DNA of 54,150 nt from NCBI GenBank assembly GCA_963767005.1, contig CAVYCN010000005.1, positions 1-54,150 of the forward strand. Direction: 5' to 3'. The stretch's first letter is position 1. The number at the start of each line of letters is the position of its first letter. This document shows, in pieces, positions 36,545-46,553 of this stretch. The notes under the pieces are model-generated. The model did no database searches. It was not told the DNA's origin and saw nothing but the letters and a program-made list of their open reading frames with translations. Source of the DNA: an uncultured Actinomycetes bacterium (GTDB taxonomy: Bacteria; Actinomycetota; Thermoleophilia; UBA2241). The position numbers and the translations under genes were made by a program.

Positions 36545-39244
36545 ATGGATGCACCACGCGCTGGGCTGACGTACCGCAAGTTCGACCTCCACGTCCACAC
36601 GCCGGTTTCCCCGTGTTTTGGTGACAAGTCGGTCACTGCCAAGGACATCGTTCAGAGGGCCCTTGCCGTAGGTCTCGACGGAGTGGCCATTACAGACCAC
36701 AACTCCGGGACCATGGTTGACGACGTGAAGGCTGCCGCCCACGGCACGGCGCTGACGATCTTCCCTGGTGTCGAGATTCACGCCAGTGGCGGCCGCAGGG
36801 GGATTCACGTCATTGCGCTTCTCGATCCCTCCAAGGGCACCGCCGACGTGGAAGACCTGCTGAGCAAGGTCGGACTCTCGCCGCACCAGTTCGGTGATCC
36901 CGATGCAGTTGCGAAGCCAATCGAGGAAGTCGTTGCCACGATCGAATCGGTCGGCGGAGTAGCTGTGTGTGCTCACGCGAACTCCACGAAGGGTGCTACG
37001 GCCGACATGCAAGGTCGCCAGCGTACGAAGCTGTTCGAACTGCAAGCGCTACGAGCCGTCGAGGTCACCCCGAGCGATTTCGCGAAACCTGCGGGTCAAC
37101 GCGTCACGGATTTCCTGTCGGGGACCGACCCCAACTACGGGTTCCGCCACATGGCCGTCTACGTTGCTTCTGACAATCAGGAACTCGATGCGCAGGGGCA
37201 GCCCACGGGAAGGCATTGCTGCGAGGGGATCGGGTCCTCGTACTGCTACTTCAAGACAGAGGAGAATCCCACCCTTGAAAGCCTTCGACAGTGCTTCATC
37301 GACCCCGAAGTGCGCATCCGCCTGCCCCGTGATATCGCAAGCGCGACTCCGGAAGACATCGAAGACTACCCGCGAATCGTCGACGTGTCGGTAAACGATG
37401 GGTTTCTCCGCAACCAGCTCTTCGAGTTCCATCCCGGACTCAACACGGTGGTGGGCCCGAAGGGGTCGGGGAAGTCGATGCTAGTCGAGGTGATGCGCTT
37501 TGCCTTAGATAGCCACTCTCTCGTCGAACACATTCAGCGCGACCACAACAGCAAGCTGGAGAAGCGGCTTGGGCTTCACGGCGGGGTCACACTCCGACTC
37601 TGCGACCGGACCGGCAGCGTCCAGGAGATCCAGCGGGAGTTCAATCCCCAATCGGACCATCCGTTCTCCTCGCCAACCATGTACGACGTGGCTCACGATT
37701 TCCCAATCCTCTTCTTGAGCCAAGGCGAGATGGTCAGAATCGCAGAGGACCGAGAGCAGCAGATGGCTTTTCTCGATCGGTTCTTCGACTTCCGATCCTT
37801 TGTTGAGCGCATCGCGGTAATCGAAGCTGATCTTGCAGTGCTCGACAAGCAGCTGGGCGACGCAATACGAAATCAACAAGCTACCTCCGCCACGAAGCGG
37901 CGGGTAGAGGCTCTGACGAAGCGCATCCAGCAGCTCGATAAGACGCTGAAGGATCCGGCATTCCGGGCCTACTATCACCAGAAGATGCGCTTGGACCTCG
38001 CCGATCGACTGGGGAAATCAATCGAAGAGCACCGGGATGCTCTCACGCTCCTGGTTTCGGAGACTCAGCCCTTCGTTCCGCCGAAGGTGCCGGAGTCGCT
38101 CGAGAAAGACCCTGGCCTCAGGCGGCTTGCAGATATCGCCTCGCAGTCACGGACCAAAGCAATCGGCTCCCTCAAGAAGGCTGCAGCGGCAGCAAACGAG
38201 GACCTGAAGCGTGCGCAAGATGAACAGGCCACCATCTTGGCAGACCACGAGGTGGCGAAGAAGGCCTATCTGACGCGCGCCCGTGAGCTTGGCGGAAATC
38301 AGCAGACCCTGTCAGCGGAACGGGAAACCAAGCAGACCGAGCTGGAGCGCGAGACGCGGAAACTGGATGTCCTAAACCAATCGCCGGGCGCCATTCAAAC
38401 GGCGGCCAAAGCCCGGAACGCCAAGCTGTCCGAGCTAGAGGCCGTATACGCGGAGTACACGGCGGCGCGCAGGGAGTTGTGTGATCGAATCACCAGCGAG
38501 TCGAGCGACAGGGTGAGGGTGACGGTTGAGGAGCAGGGCAACAGAGCTATCTTCGGCGCGCGGCTCGCGTCGCTGAAGGTTGGGTCCTATGTGTCGGGGG
38601 CGGACGTTGACGCGATCGTCGCCGCGGTGACACCCCGTGAACTCGTGAGCGCCGTGCTCAACTACGAACTCAACAGAAAGGACTCCGCACTGGAGACCGT
38701 TGCCAAGAAGTCTTCCCTCGAGATTGACGTCGTCCGGAAGCTCGCGGAGCACATGTTGGGCTCGCATGAGTACGAGGACATACTCGCCTTCCAGTACAGT
38801 GTCACGCCCAGCGATTCGCCCCTGATTGAGGTCGAGGTCGGCGGCGGAAGATACGCGCCTATCGATGAGGTTTCCACAGGGCAGAAGTGCACCGGGTTAA
38901 TCGTGATCGCCCTATCGGCGACGGACGGCCCCGTTGTGATTGACCAACCCGAGGACTCACTGGACATCACCGGCATATGGGATGACATGTGCAGGACACT
39001 GCGGCGTGGCAAGGATTACCAACAGTTCATCCTGACGAGCCATAGCTCGAACCTCGCGGTCGCCTCCGATACCGACTGCTACTCGGTTTTGGCGGCATCG
39101 GCCAGCGAGGCGCACCTCGTTAGGGCAGGTGCGCTGGATGGCAGTGACGTGCGCGAGGATGTGCTCAAGGTGTTGGAGGGCGGCAAGAAGGCGTATGGCC
39201 TGAAGTCCCGGAAATACGGAATTGAGCTGGCGGACGGCCGTTAA
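36545..39244 (+). CDS. PHP-domain + coiled-coil ABC/SMC-type ATPase fusion (TrlF/Ppl-like defence protein), 899 aa
   Basis: PHP motifs DLHVHTP, ITDHN, GVEI, HVIAL, AHAN, SD. Walker A GPKGSGKS, long coiled coil, signature STGQK, Walker B VVIDQPED, H-loop TSHS. Confidence 0.88.
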   Translation: MDAPRAGLTYRKFDLHVHTPVSPCFGDKSVTAKDIVQRALAVGLDGVAITDHNSGTMVDDVKAAAHGTALTIFPGVEIHASGGRRGIHVIALLDPSKGTADVEDLLSKVGLSPHQFGDPDAVAKPIEEVVATIESVGGVAVCAHANSTKGATADMQGRQRTKLFELQALRAVEVTPSDFAKPAGQRVTDFLSGTDPNYGFRHMAVYVASDNQELDAQGQPTGRHCCEGIGSSYCYFKTEENPTLESLRQCFIDPEVRIRLPRDIASATPEDIEDYPRIVDVSVNDGFLRNQLFEFHPGLNTVVGPKGSGKSMLVEVMRFALDSHSLVEHIQRDHNSKLEKRLGLHGGVTLRLCDRTGSVQEIQREFNPQSDHPFSSPTMYDVAHDFPILFLSQGEMVRIAEDREQQMAFLDRFFDFRSFVERIAVIEADLAVLDKQLGDAIRNQQATSATKRRVEALTKRIQQLDKTLKDPAFRAYYHQKMRLDLADRLGKSIEEHRDALTLLVSETQPFVPPKVPESLEKDPGLRRLADIASQSRTKAIGSLKKAAAAANEDLKRAQDEQATILADHEVAKKAYLTRARELGGNQQTLSAERETKQTELERETRKLDVLNQSPGAIQTAAKARNAKLSELEAVYAEYTAARRELCDRITSESSDRVRVTVEEQGNRAIFGARLASLKVGSYVSGADVDAIVAAVTPRELVSAVLNYELNRKDSALETVAKKSSLEIDVVRKLAEHMLGSHEYEDILAFQYSVTPSDSPLIEVEVGGGRYAPIDEVSTGQKCTGLIVIALSATDGPVVIDQPEDSLDITGIWDDMCRTLRRGKDYQQFILTSHSSNLAVASDTDCYSVLAASASEAHLVRAGALDGSDVREDVLKVLEGGKKAYGLKSRKYGIELADGR

Positions 39245-40314
39245 CGCTCACCGTCCTTCACGCTGGCCGCCTTCGACGAGGCTCGCTGGACGAGAAGCCC
39301 CAACCCCGCCAAGCTCCCCGCCGTCGCCAATATGGCCTCCTCGTTCGACCGCGGCTCCCAGCCAAGCACCCGCCGGGCCTTCTCGTTGCTGGCCCGGCGC
39401 ACCTTGCCCAGGTCACCCACGATCTCCCGCGCCTGCGGGCTGACCAGCGCCATCGCCCGGATCACGAAGTCCGGTACCTGACGGGTCGGCACGCGCGCGG
39501 CCGCCTCACCCAGGTGCGCCCGCAGCACGTCGCAGACCTCCTTGATCGACACCGGGCCGTCGGCCACGGCCAGGAACCGCTCGCCCGCGGCGGCCGGTGA
39601 GGTCATAGCACGCAGGTGCAGGTCGGCCACGTCGCGCACGTCGACCACGTTGAAGTACAGGCGCGGGGCGCCCGGCATGTCGCCGTCGAGCGCCTGCTTG
39701 ACCAGGCGGATCGAGCTCGACAGGTCGGGACCGAGCACCGGGCCGAGCACGCCGACCGGGTTGACCACCGCGAGCTCCAGCGCGCCGCCTTCGCTCGCGG
39801 CGTAGTCCCAGGCGGCGCGCTCCGCGAGCGTCTTGGAGCACACGTAGGGGCTCGCGCTGTCGTCGAGCTCGGTCCAGTCCTGTTCGGTGAAGGTCCGCTC
39901 GGTCGGCGGGTGGCCGTAGCCGACGGCGGCAAACGACGAGGTCAGCACGACGCGCGCGACGCCGGCGTCGCGCGCCGCCCGCAGCACGCGCAGCGCGCCC
40001 TGACGCGCCGGCACGATCAGCTCGAAGGGGTTCTTCGGCTGGCGTGGGGGGAACGGCGAGGCGACGTGCAGCACGTAGCGGCAGCCGGACACCGCCTCGG
40101 GCCAGCCCTCGTAGGCCAGCAGGTCGGCCGCCACGACCTCGAGCGCCGCGCCCGGCTCGGAGCCGCCCTCGGCCAGCATGGCGCGCACGTCGGCCTCGCG
40201 GGCGAGCGAGCGCACCGTGGTGCGCACCCGGTAGCCCGACTCGAGCAGCCGCAGGATGCAGTGCACGCCGATGAACCCCGAGCCGCCGGTCACCAGCACC
40301 AGGTCGTCGCTCAT
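39241..40314 (-). CDS. NAD-dependent epimerase/aldehyde reductase (extended SDR)
   Basis: 'VLVTGGSGFIG', 'VLHVASP', 'TSSFAA', 'YVCSKTLAE'. Confidence 0.93.
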   Translation of the reverse strand: MSDDLVLVTGGSGFIGVHCILRLLESGYRVRTTVRSLAREADVRAMLAEGGSEPGAALEVVAADLLAYEGWPEAVSGCRYVLHVASPFPPRQPKNPFELIVPARQGALRVLRAARDAGVARVVLTSSFAAVGYGHPPTERTFTEQDWTELDDSASPYVCSKTLAERAAWDYAASEGGALELAVVNPVGVLGPVLGPDLSSSIRLVKQALDGDMPGAPRLYFNVVDVRDVADLHLRAMTSPAAAGERFLAVADGPVSIKEVCDVLRAHLGEAAARVPTRQVPDFVIRAMALVSPQAREIVGDLGKVRRASNEKARRVLGWEPRSNEEAILATAGSLAGLGLLVQRASSKAASVKDGER

Positions 40315-40518
40315 GCCGTCCTCCCCGCTCGTCGCCGACCACGCCCGGTCTGCAAGATATATGCGGCCTAACGGCACTCCCCACATCACTCCTCGCCCGG
40401 TCGGGCATGCCCCTGAGACGGGCCGTCCACACGGCGACGGCCGACAGATAGCGCGCCGACGGCCGCCGACAGGCCCGGCCGTCAACGCCCCGACACGACA
40501 GCCGCAAGGAGGACACCC

Positions 40519-41391
40519 ATGGCGACCTTCACGGCACACGAGCAGCAGCAGATCGAGCAGGCGAAGGCGAGCGGCCGCACCCCGGTCGTGTTCATCCACG
40601 GGCTCTGGCTCCTGCCCAGTAGCTGGGACCGCTGGGCCGAGCTCTTCGACAGCTCCGGCTACATCTCGCTCAACCCCGGCTGGCCCGACGACCCCGAGAC
40701 GGTGGCCGAGGCCAACGAGCACCCCGAGGTCTTCGCCGGCAAGTCGATCGAGCAGGTCGCCGACCACTACTGCGACGTGATCGGCGAGCTCGGCCGCAAG
40801 CCGGCCGTGATCGGCCACTCGTTCGGCGGCCTGATCGCCCAGATCGTCGCCGGGCGCGGCGATGCGGCGGTCACCGTGGCGATCGACCCGGCGCCGTTTC
40901 GTGGCGTGCTGCCGCTGCCCGTGTCGGCGCTCAAGTCGGCCTCGCCGGTGCTCGACAACCCCTTCAACATCAGCCGCGCCGTGCCTCTCACCTACGACCA
41001 GTTCCGCTACGCCTTCGCCAACGCCGTGAGCGAAGACGAGGCCCACGAGCTCTACGACACCTACGCCGTGCCGACGTCGGGCAAGCCGCTCTTTCAGGCG
41101 GCCACGGCCAACCTCAACCCCTGGACCGAGGCCAAGGTCGACACCAAGAACCCCGACCGCGGCCCGCTGCTCATCATCGACGGCGAGCAGGACCACACGG
41201 TGCCCTGGGCGATCGCCAACGCCTCGTTCAAAAAGCAGAAGGCCAACGAAGGCGTCACCGAGATCGTGAAGCTGCCGAGCCGCGGCCACGCGCTCACCAT
41301 CGACAGCTGCTGGCGCGAGGTGGCCGACACGGCCCTGCAGTTCGTGGAGCAGTACACCAAGGCGAAGGGGCGCGCGAAGCGCGCCGCATAG
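40519..41391 (+). CDS. Alpha/beta hydrolase
   Basis: 'VFIHGLW', nucleophile elbow GHSFGG, 'DHTVP', 'GHAL'. Confidence 0.93.
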   Translation: MATFTAHEQQQIEQAKASGRTPVVFIHGLWLLPSSWDRWAELFDSSGYISLNPGWPDDPETVAEANEHPEVFAGKSIEQVADHYCDVIGELGRKPAVIGHSFGGLIAQIVAGRGDAAVTVAIDPAPFRGVLPLPVSALKSASPVLDNPFNISRAVPLTYDQFRYAFANAVSEDEAHELYDTYAVPTSGKPLFQAATANLNPWTEAKVDTKNPDRGPLLIIDGEQDHTVPWAIANASFKKQKANEGVTEIVKLPSRGHALTIDSCWREVADTALQFVEQYTKAKGRAKRAA

Positions 41392-41518
41392 GGCGCACGC
41401 CGCCAGAACACCGCGTGCGCGGGGGTGTTTCCCCGCCACCTTGGCCTTGGCCGGTCACGGAATCTCGCCGGCGAGCATTGACGCTATAGAGAGGAATGCT
41501 GCCGCCGCGATCTAAGGG

Positions 41519-42085
41519 ATGCCCGTGAACGGTGACACTCAGCGAGCCGAGGACCTGCTGGTCGCTTCTGCTGGGAAGGCCGGAGAATTCGTGGCCTTCT
41601 ACGACCGCATGATGCCCGGGCTGCTGCGGTTCTTCGCGCGGTGCACGCTGGACGGACAGGTCGCCGCCGACCTTACTGCCGAGACGCTGGCAGATGCCTT
41701 TGCGGCGCGGCACCGATTTCGCGACCGTGGCGATGGCTCTGCTCGCGCCTGGCTCTACACCATCGCGCACCGCAAGTTCGCGCGGCTGGCCAAGCGCCGA
41801 CGGGTAGAGACGAAGGCTCGGCGCCGTCTCGGGCTCGATCGCATCGAGCTCGCGCCAGACGACATCGCACGCGTCGAGGCGCTGGTCGACTTCGAGGAGG
41901 TCGGCCGTGCAGTCGCCACGGCATTCCGCGGCCTTGGCCCGACGCAACGTGAAGCCCTCCACCAGCGAGTGGTCGAGGGCAGGTCGTACCGCGAGATCGC
42001 GGCGGACCTCGGCTGCTCAGAGGACGTCGTGCGGGCCCGCGTGTGCCGCGGGCTCAGACAGCTGGCGACGCAGCTGGACAAGTGA
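41519..42085 (+). CDS. ECF sigma-70 factor
   Basis: 'AADLTAETLADAF..R.RFR....SARAWLYTIA', 'SYREIAADLGCSEDVVRARVCRGLR'. Confidence 0.9.
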   Translation: MPVNGDTQRAEDLLVASAGKAGEFVAFYDRMMPGLLRFFARCTLDGQVAADLTAETLADAFAARHRFRDRGDGSARAWLYTIAHRKFARLAKRRRVETKARRRLGLDRIELAPDDIARVEALVDFEEVGRAVATAFRGLGPTQREALHQRVVEGRSYREIAADLGCSEDVVRARVCRGLRQLATQLDK

Positions 42086-42095
42086 GGTGTCGAAC

Positions 42096-42884
42096 GTGGT
42101 AGCTCGAGACGACAGCGAGATCGCAGATATCGGCTTTGCCGATGAGTTGCGACGGCAGTTCGAGGCGCTGGACGACAAGACCGGCCGCAGGACGCGGCGC
42201 ACCATCGTGACGGCGGTAGTCGCCATCATCGCCGCGGCAGCGGTTGCCGGTTCCCTCACGCTGGTGCTCGGGGGCTCGTCCTCGGCTCCGGACGCGGCGC
42301 AGATGGCGGCGATCCAGTCGGTGATCGGCGACTACCTGGCGGCGCGCGCACAAGCCCTGGCTCCTCAGGACGCCGCGTACCAGTCGGATGCCGCCTCCGT
42401 TCCGCAATCCGTGTACGACCAGGCGAACGCTCGCTTTCACGCCGCAGTCGCACGCGACGGCACGCCCGAGTTCGTCGACCGCCTGGCCGGTACCGATATC
42501 GCGTTCGCCCTGGCCGGTGAGCGCAAGAACGGCGACGTCATGCTGCGCTCCGACGCTCGCGTTCTGAGCCTCGACTACATGCGCAGGCTCGCCGGCGGCG
42601 ACGTCGTCGTGTGGGCGAAGCTCTGGCTGGGCGACGTGCGCCGCCACTTCGCCTCGAACGAGGTCGGCGTCGGGACCGCCACGACGGCGTACGTCGACGA
42701 AACGCCGACGTATCAGTACCAGATGCGAAATGTCGGCGGAGAATGGAAGATCGTCTCTCAGGCCATGGTCTACGAGTCCGAAGACAGCGCGCTGGGTCCT
42801 GCGCAGTTCGGCCCGAACACGCCCCACTATGTCAGTTCAACGCCCCTGATCACCGGCGACCAGGGTCTTGTCGTTTCGCCGTAG
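42096..42884 (+). CDS. Single-pass membrane protein, putative anti-sigma factor
   Basis: Immediately follows the sigma gene. Short cytoplasmic N-terminus, TM 'IVTAVVAIIAAAAVAGSLTLVL', extracellular domain ending 'GGEWKIVS'. Confidence 0.6.
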   Translation: MVARDDSEIADIGFADELRRQFEALDDKTGRRTRRTIVTAVVAIIAAAAVAGSLTLVLGGSSSAPDAAQMAAIQSVIGDYLAARAQALAPQDAAYQSDAASVPQSVYDQANARFHAAVARDGTPEFVDRLAGTDIAFALAGERKNGDVMLRSDARVLSLDYMRRLAGGDVVVWAKLWLGDVRRHFASNEVGVGTATTAYVDETPTYQYQMRNVGGEWKIVSQAMVYESEDSALGPAQFGPNTPHYVSSTPLITGDQGLVVSP

Positions 42885-42961
42885 GCGTTTCCCTGTCGGC
42901 CTCCCTGAGGACGGCTCACGGTCGTGACGCGCGCGACGCCGCGGGGTAGGCTCTCCCCACC

Positions 42962-44098
42962 ATGACCGACCTGCTGTTCTACGGCGACACCCTGCGCTCG
43001 GCCGCCATGCGCCACGAGCTGCCCGTCGCGATCATGGACCCGTTCCTGCTCGCCGTCGTGGGCGACCGGCTGCACGTGACGGCCAGCAACCTCGAACGCG
43101 ACCGGGTGGTGGCGGCCGCGCCCGACGCCGTCATCCACGACATCGCCGACCTGGGCTTCTACGAGCTGATCGGCAGCGGCATGACCGCCTACGAGATCGA
43201 GCGTGAGCTGGTCTCGCGCGCCGTCGCGGCGATGGGCCTGCGCGAGGCGACGGTCGACCCGGACATGCCGGTCGGGATCGCCGACCGGCTGCGCGCCGAC
43301 GGCGTCGTGCTGCAGCCCGACAAGCAGGCGGTGGCGGCGCGGCGCCGGTGCAAGTCGCCGGCCGAGCTGGCCGGCATCCGCCGCGCCCAGGTGGCGGCGC
43401 ACGCCGGCATGCGCGCCGCCGCCGAGCTGCTGCGCTACTCGGTGCCCCAGGGCGACGGCCTGGTGCGCGCCGGCGAGATCGTGACGGCCGAGGCCGTGCG
43501 CGACACGCTGCGCGAGGCCTGCCGGCGCCACGGCGCGCCGGCGACCCCCGACGTGATCGTCGCCTCGGTCTGGCAGGGCGTCGGCCACGACCCCGGCTCG
43601 GGCCCGCTGCCGGCCGGCCTGCCCATCGTGATCGACCTCTGGCCCCAGGACGAGGCCTCGGGCTGCTGGGCCGACATGACGCGCACCTTCGTGGTCGGCG
43701 AGGTCAGCGAGCCGGTGCGGGCGCTCGAGGACCTGGTGCGCACGGCGCTCGAGCGGGCCCGCGCGGCGGTGCGTCCGGGCGTGACCGGGCGCGAGCTGCA
43801 CGACATGGCCTGCGAGGTGTTCGAGGCCGCCGGCCGCCGCACGCAGCGCACCGGCCCGGGCGACGACCCCAACGAAGGCTTTCAGTTCTCGCTGGGGCAC
43901 GGCGTCGGCCTGGCGGTCCACGAGGCGCCGTCGCTCGGTCAGACCGGGCGCGACGAGCTGGTCGCCGGCGACGTCGTCGCCATCGAGCCCGGGCTGCGGC
44001 AGGCCGGCATCGGCGAGGTGCGCCTCGAGGACCTCCTGCTGGTGACCGACGAGGGCAGCGAGACCCTGACCGACTACCCCTACGATCTGACCCCCTGA
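42962..44098 (+). CDS. Xaa-Pro aminopeptidase family (M24)
   Basis: 'VIDLWP....GCWADMTRT', 'GHGVGL.VHEAP', 'IEPG', 'VRLEDLLLVT'. Confidence 0.92.
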   Translation: MTDLLFYGDTLRSAAMRHELPVAIMDPFLLAVVGDRLHVTASNLERDRVVAAAPDAVIHDIADLGFYELIGSGMTAYEIERELVSRAVAAMGLREATVDPDMPVGIADRLRADGVVLQPDKQAVAARRRCKSPAELAGIRRAQVAAHAGMRAAAELLRYSVPQGDGLVRAGEIVTAEAVRDTLREACRRHGAPATPDVIVASVWQGVGHDPGSGPLPAGLPIVIDLWPQDEASGCWADMTRTFVVGEVSEPVRALEDLVRTALERARAAVRPGVTGRELHDMACEVFEAAGRRTQRTGPGDDPNEGFQFSLGHGVGLAVHEAPSLGQTGRDELVAGDVVAIEPGLRQAGIGEVRLEDLLLVTDEGSETLTDYPYDLTP

Positions 44099-44101
44099 TA
44101 G

Positions 44102-44593
44102 ATGCGCATCGTTCAGCCCTCCAGCCCCGAGCAGCTCGAGGCGTTCCGCGGCCTGCTGCGCGAGTGGTTCGACTACCTGGTGAACGATCGCGGCATCGAC
44201 ATGGGCTACCAGTCGATCGAGGCCGAGATGGCCGGCCTGCCGGGCTCCTACGGCCCGCCCGGGGGAGCGTGCTGGCTTGCCTACGACGACGCCGGCGCCG
44301 CGGTCGGCTGCGTCGCCCTGCGGCCCATGGCAGACGAGGGCGTCTGTGAACTCAAGCGGCTCTATGTCAGGCCGGCCCACCGCGGCGAGGGCATCGGCAG
44401 GGCGCTCACCGGCCGGGCGATCGCCGAGGCGCGCGCCATGGGCTACCGCCTCATGCGCCTCGACACGGGCACCTTCCTCGACGCTTCGCGCCGGCTCTAC
44501 GCCTCGCTCGGCTTCGCCGAGCGCGGGCCGTACTACGACGTGCCGGACGACGTGCGGCGAGTCACCGTGTTCATGGAGCTTCCGCTGGCGTAG
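44102..44593 (+). CDS. GNAT N-acetyltransferase
   Basis: 'GCVALRP', 'ELKRLYVRP.HRGEGIG', 'LYASLGF'. Confidence 0.92.
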   Translation: MRIVQPSSPEQLEAFRGLLREWFDYLVNDRGIDMGYQSIEAEMAGLPGSYGPPGGACWLAYDDAGAAVGCVALRPMADEGVCELKRLYVRPAHRGEGIGRALTGRAIAEARAMGYRLMRLDTGTFLDASRRLYASLGFAERGPYYDVPDDVRRVTVFMELPLA

Positions 44594-45602
44594 CGGCGCG
44601 ACCGCCGGCCTGCGCGACCATCAGGACGACCTTGCCCTTCGCCAGCCCGGCGTGCGCGTAGCGCACCGCCTCGGCCGCGTGCGCGAGCGGCAGCACGCGG
44701 TCGACGACCGGTGTCACCTTGCCGGCCTCGATCAGCAGGCGCAGCGCCTGCAGATCGGCGCTCGTCACCTTGGCCATCACCGGGCGGAACCGCTGATCGC
44801 TGACCAGGGACAGGGCCGGCGCCCGCACCATCTGACGGTCGAAGCCGCCCAGCCAGCGATCGCCGCCCTCACCGCCGATGACGGCGAGCGTGCCCCGCGG
44901 CGCCAGCGCGCGACGCAGCAGCGTGAGGGGCCGCCGGCCGGCGATGTCGAGGATCAGGTCGTACTGTCGCGCGCCGCTCGTGATGTCCTCATCGGCGTAG
45001 TTGATCACGTGGTCGGCGCCGAGCGAGCGCACCAGCTCGACCTTGGCCCCGCCGCACACGCCGGTCACCTCGGCGGCGCCGAGCGCCTTGGCGATCTGCA
45101 CGGCGAAGCTGCCCACGCCGCCGCCGGCGCCGGTGACGAGCACCGTCTGGCCGGGCTGCAGCGCGCCCGCGTCGCGCAGCGCCTGCAACGCGGTGACGCC
45201 CGACACCGGCACCGCCGCCGCCTGCTCGAAGCTCAGGTTGGCCGGCTTGGCCGCGAGGCGGCCCGCCTGCACCCGCGCGAGCTCGGCGAAGGCGCCGCCG
45301 GCCACCGGGTCGCACGAGCCGTAGACTTCGTCGCCCGGCTTGACCGTCGTCACGCACGCGCCCACCGCCTCGACGACGCCGGCGAGATCGGTGCCGCGGA
45401 ACCGCGACTTGGGCGCGCGCAGCCCCAGGCCTATGGCGCGCACCAGGTACGGCAGGCCGGCCACCATGTGCCACACGCCGGCGTCGACGCCGGCCGCCAC
45501 CACGCGCACCAGCACATCGTCGTCGCCGACCTGCGGCGGCTCGACCTCGGCCAGCCGCAGTACCTCGGGCGGACCGTATCTGTCCTGGACGATCGCCTTC
45601 AT
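44571..45602 (-). CDS. NAD(P)-dependent MDR oxidoreductase (quinone-reductase-like alcohol dehydrogenase family)
   Basis: 'MKAIVQDRYGPPEVL', 'GTDLAGVV', 'GAGGGVGSFAVQIAK', 'KGKVV'. Confidence 0.92.
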   Translation of the reverse strand: MKAIVQDRYGPPEVLRLAEVEPPQVGDDDVLVRVVAAGVDAGVWHMVAGLPYLVRAIGLGLRAPKSRFRGTDLAGVVEAVGACVTTVKPGDEVYGSCDPVAGGAFAELARVQAGRLAAKPANLSFEQAAAVPVSGVTALQALRDAGALQPGQTVLVTGAGGGVGSFAVQIAKALGAAEVTGVCGGAKVELVRSLGADHVINYADEDITSGARQYDLILDIAGRRPLTLLRRALAPRGTLAVIGGEGGDRWLGGFDRQMVRAPALSLVSDQRFRPVMAKVTSADLQALRLLIEAGKVTPVVDRVLPLAHAAEAVRYAHAGLAKGKVVLMVAQAGGRAATPAEAP

Positions 45603-45828
45603 GCGGCCCCTCCCTTCGATTCTGCCGGTCCTGCTTATCGCCGTCCCTACCCTATCGCCGGGCGAACGCCGGCGATGGGGATGCCCGTCGCCCTCTGAAA
45701 CACGGCCGGGTCGCGCCCGCGTCACGCACGTGCATCGTCACCGTCGAGAAGTGTCGTAGGCTTTGTCTTGTGGGGTGCGGCCGAGCGCCGAACGGGCAGC
45801 CGCCGCAAGCGGCAGAAGGGACCGGGCC

Positions 45829-46080
45829 ATGACCATCCAGCTCGACCAGCAGGCCGAGGAGTACCTCCTTAAGTCGATCCGCCAGTTCTTCGCCGACGAG
45901 CTCGACGACGACATCGGCGACCTCAAGGCGCGCTCCGTGCTCGAATTCTGCGTGCGCGAGATCTGCCCCAGCGTTTACAATCGAGCCATCGCCGACGCAC
46001 AAGAGACGCTGCAGATCGCCGTGCTCGACCTCTCGGGCGTGCGCTACGAGCCCGAGTTCGACTACTGGAAGAAGCGCTAG
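45829..46080 (+). CDS. DUF2164 family protein
   Basis: 'SIRQFF..ELD.DIGDLKA..VLEF...EI.PSVYN.AIADA'. Confidence 0.85.
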   Translation: MTIQLDQQAEEYLLKSIRQFFADELDDDIGDLKARSVLEFCVREICPSVYNRAIADAQETLQIAVLDLSGVRYEPEFDYWKKR

Positions 46081-46138
46081 CGTCGCGGCGACCGCGGGGT
46101 CGCGCCGGTTCGGCGAACGAGGCGACGGGGGGCCGCCC

Positions 46139-46537
46139 ATGAGGGTCACGATCGACGACATCGACGTCATGTACGTGGCCGCCGCGGGCGGCTCGAGCGG
46201 TGCGCCGGCCGCGTTCGCGGCGATCGAAGCGGCACTCGGCAGCCTGCGCGGCCGGCGTTTCTTCGGCATCTACGACGGCGACGAGTACCGCGCTTGCGTC
46301 GCCGTCCAGGACGGCGACGACCCCGACCTGCTCGGCCTCGCCGCCGGGCGCATCCCGGGCGGCGACTACGAGCGCACCAGGCTCGCCGACTGGCAGCAGC
46401 ACGTCGACGAGATCGGCCCGACCTTCGACGCCATGGCGGCCGCCACCGAGCCCGACTGGTCGCGACCCTGCATCGAGTCCTACCGCAGCTCCAACGAGCT
46501 GCTGCTGCTGCTGCCGGTCGTGACCGAGGGCGCATGA
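46139..46537 (+). CDS. GyrI-like small-molecule-binding domain protein
   Basis: 'FFGIYD...YRACV', 'IPGGDY', 'RP.IESYR.....LLLPV'. Confidence 0.7.
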   Translation: MRVTIDDIDVMYVAAAGGSSGAPAAFAAIEAALGSLRGRRFFGIYDGDEYRACVAVQDGDDPDLLGLAAGRIPGGDYERTRLADWQQHVDEIGPTFDAMAAATEPDWSRPCIESYRSSNELLLLLPVVTEGA

Positions 46538-46553
46538 ACGGCAGGGGCGGCGC

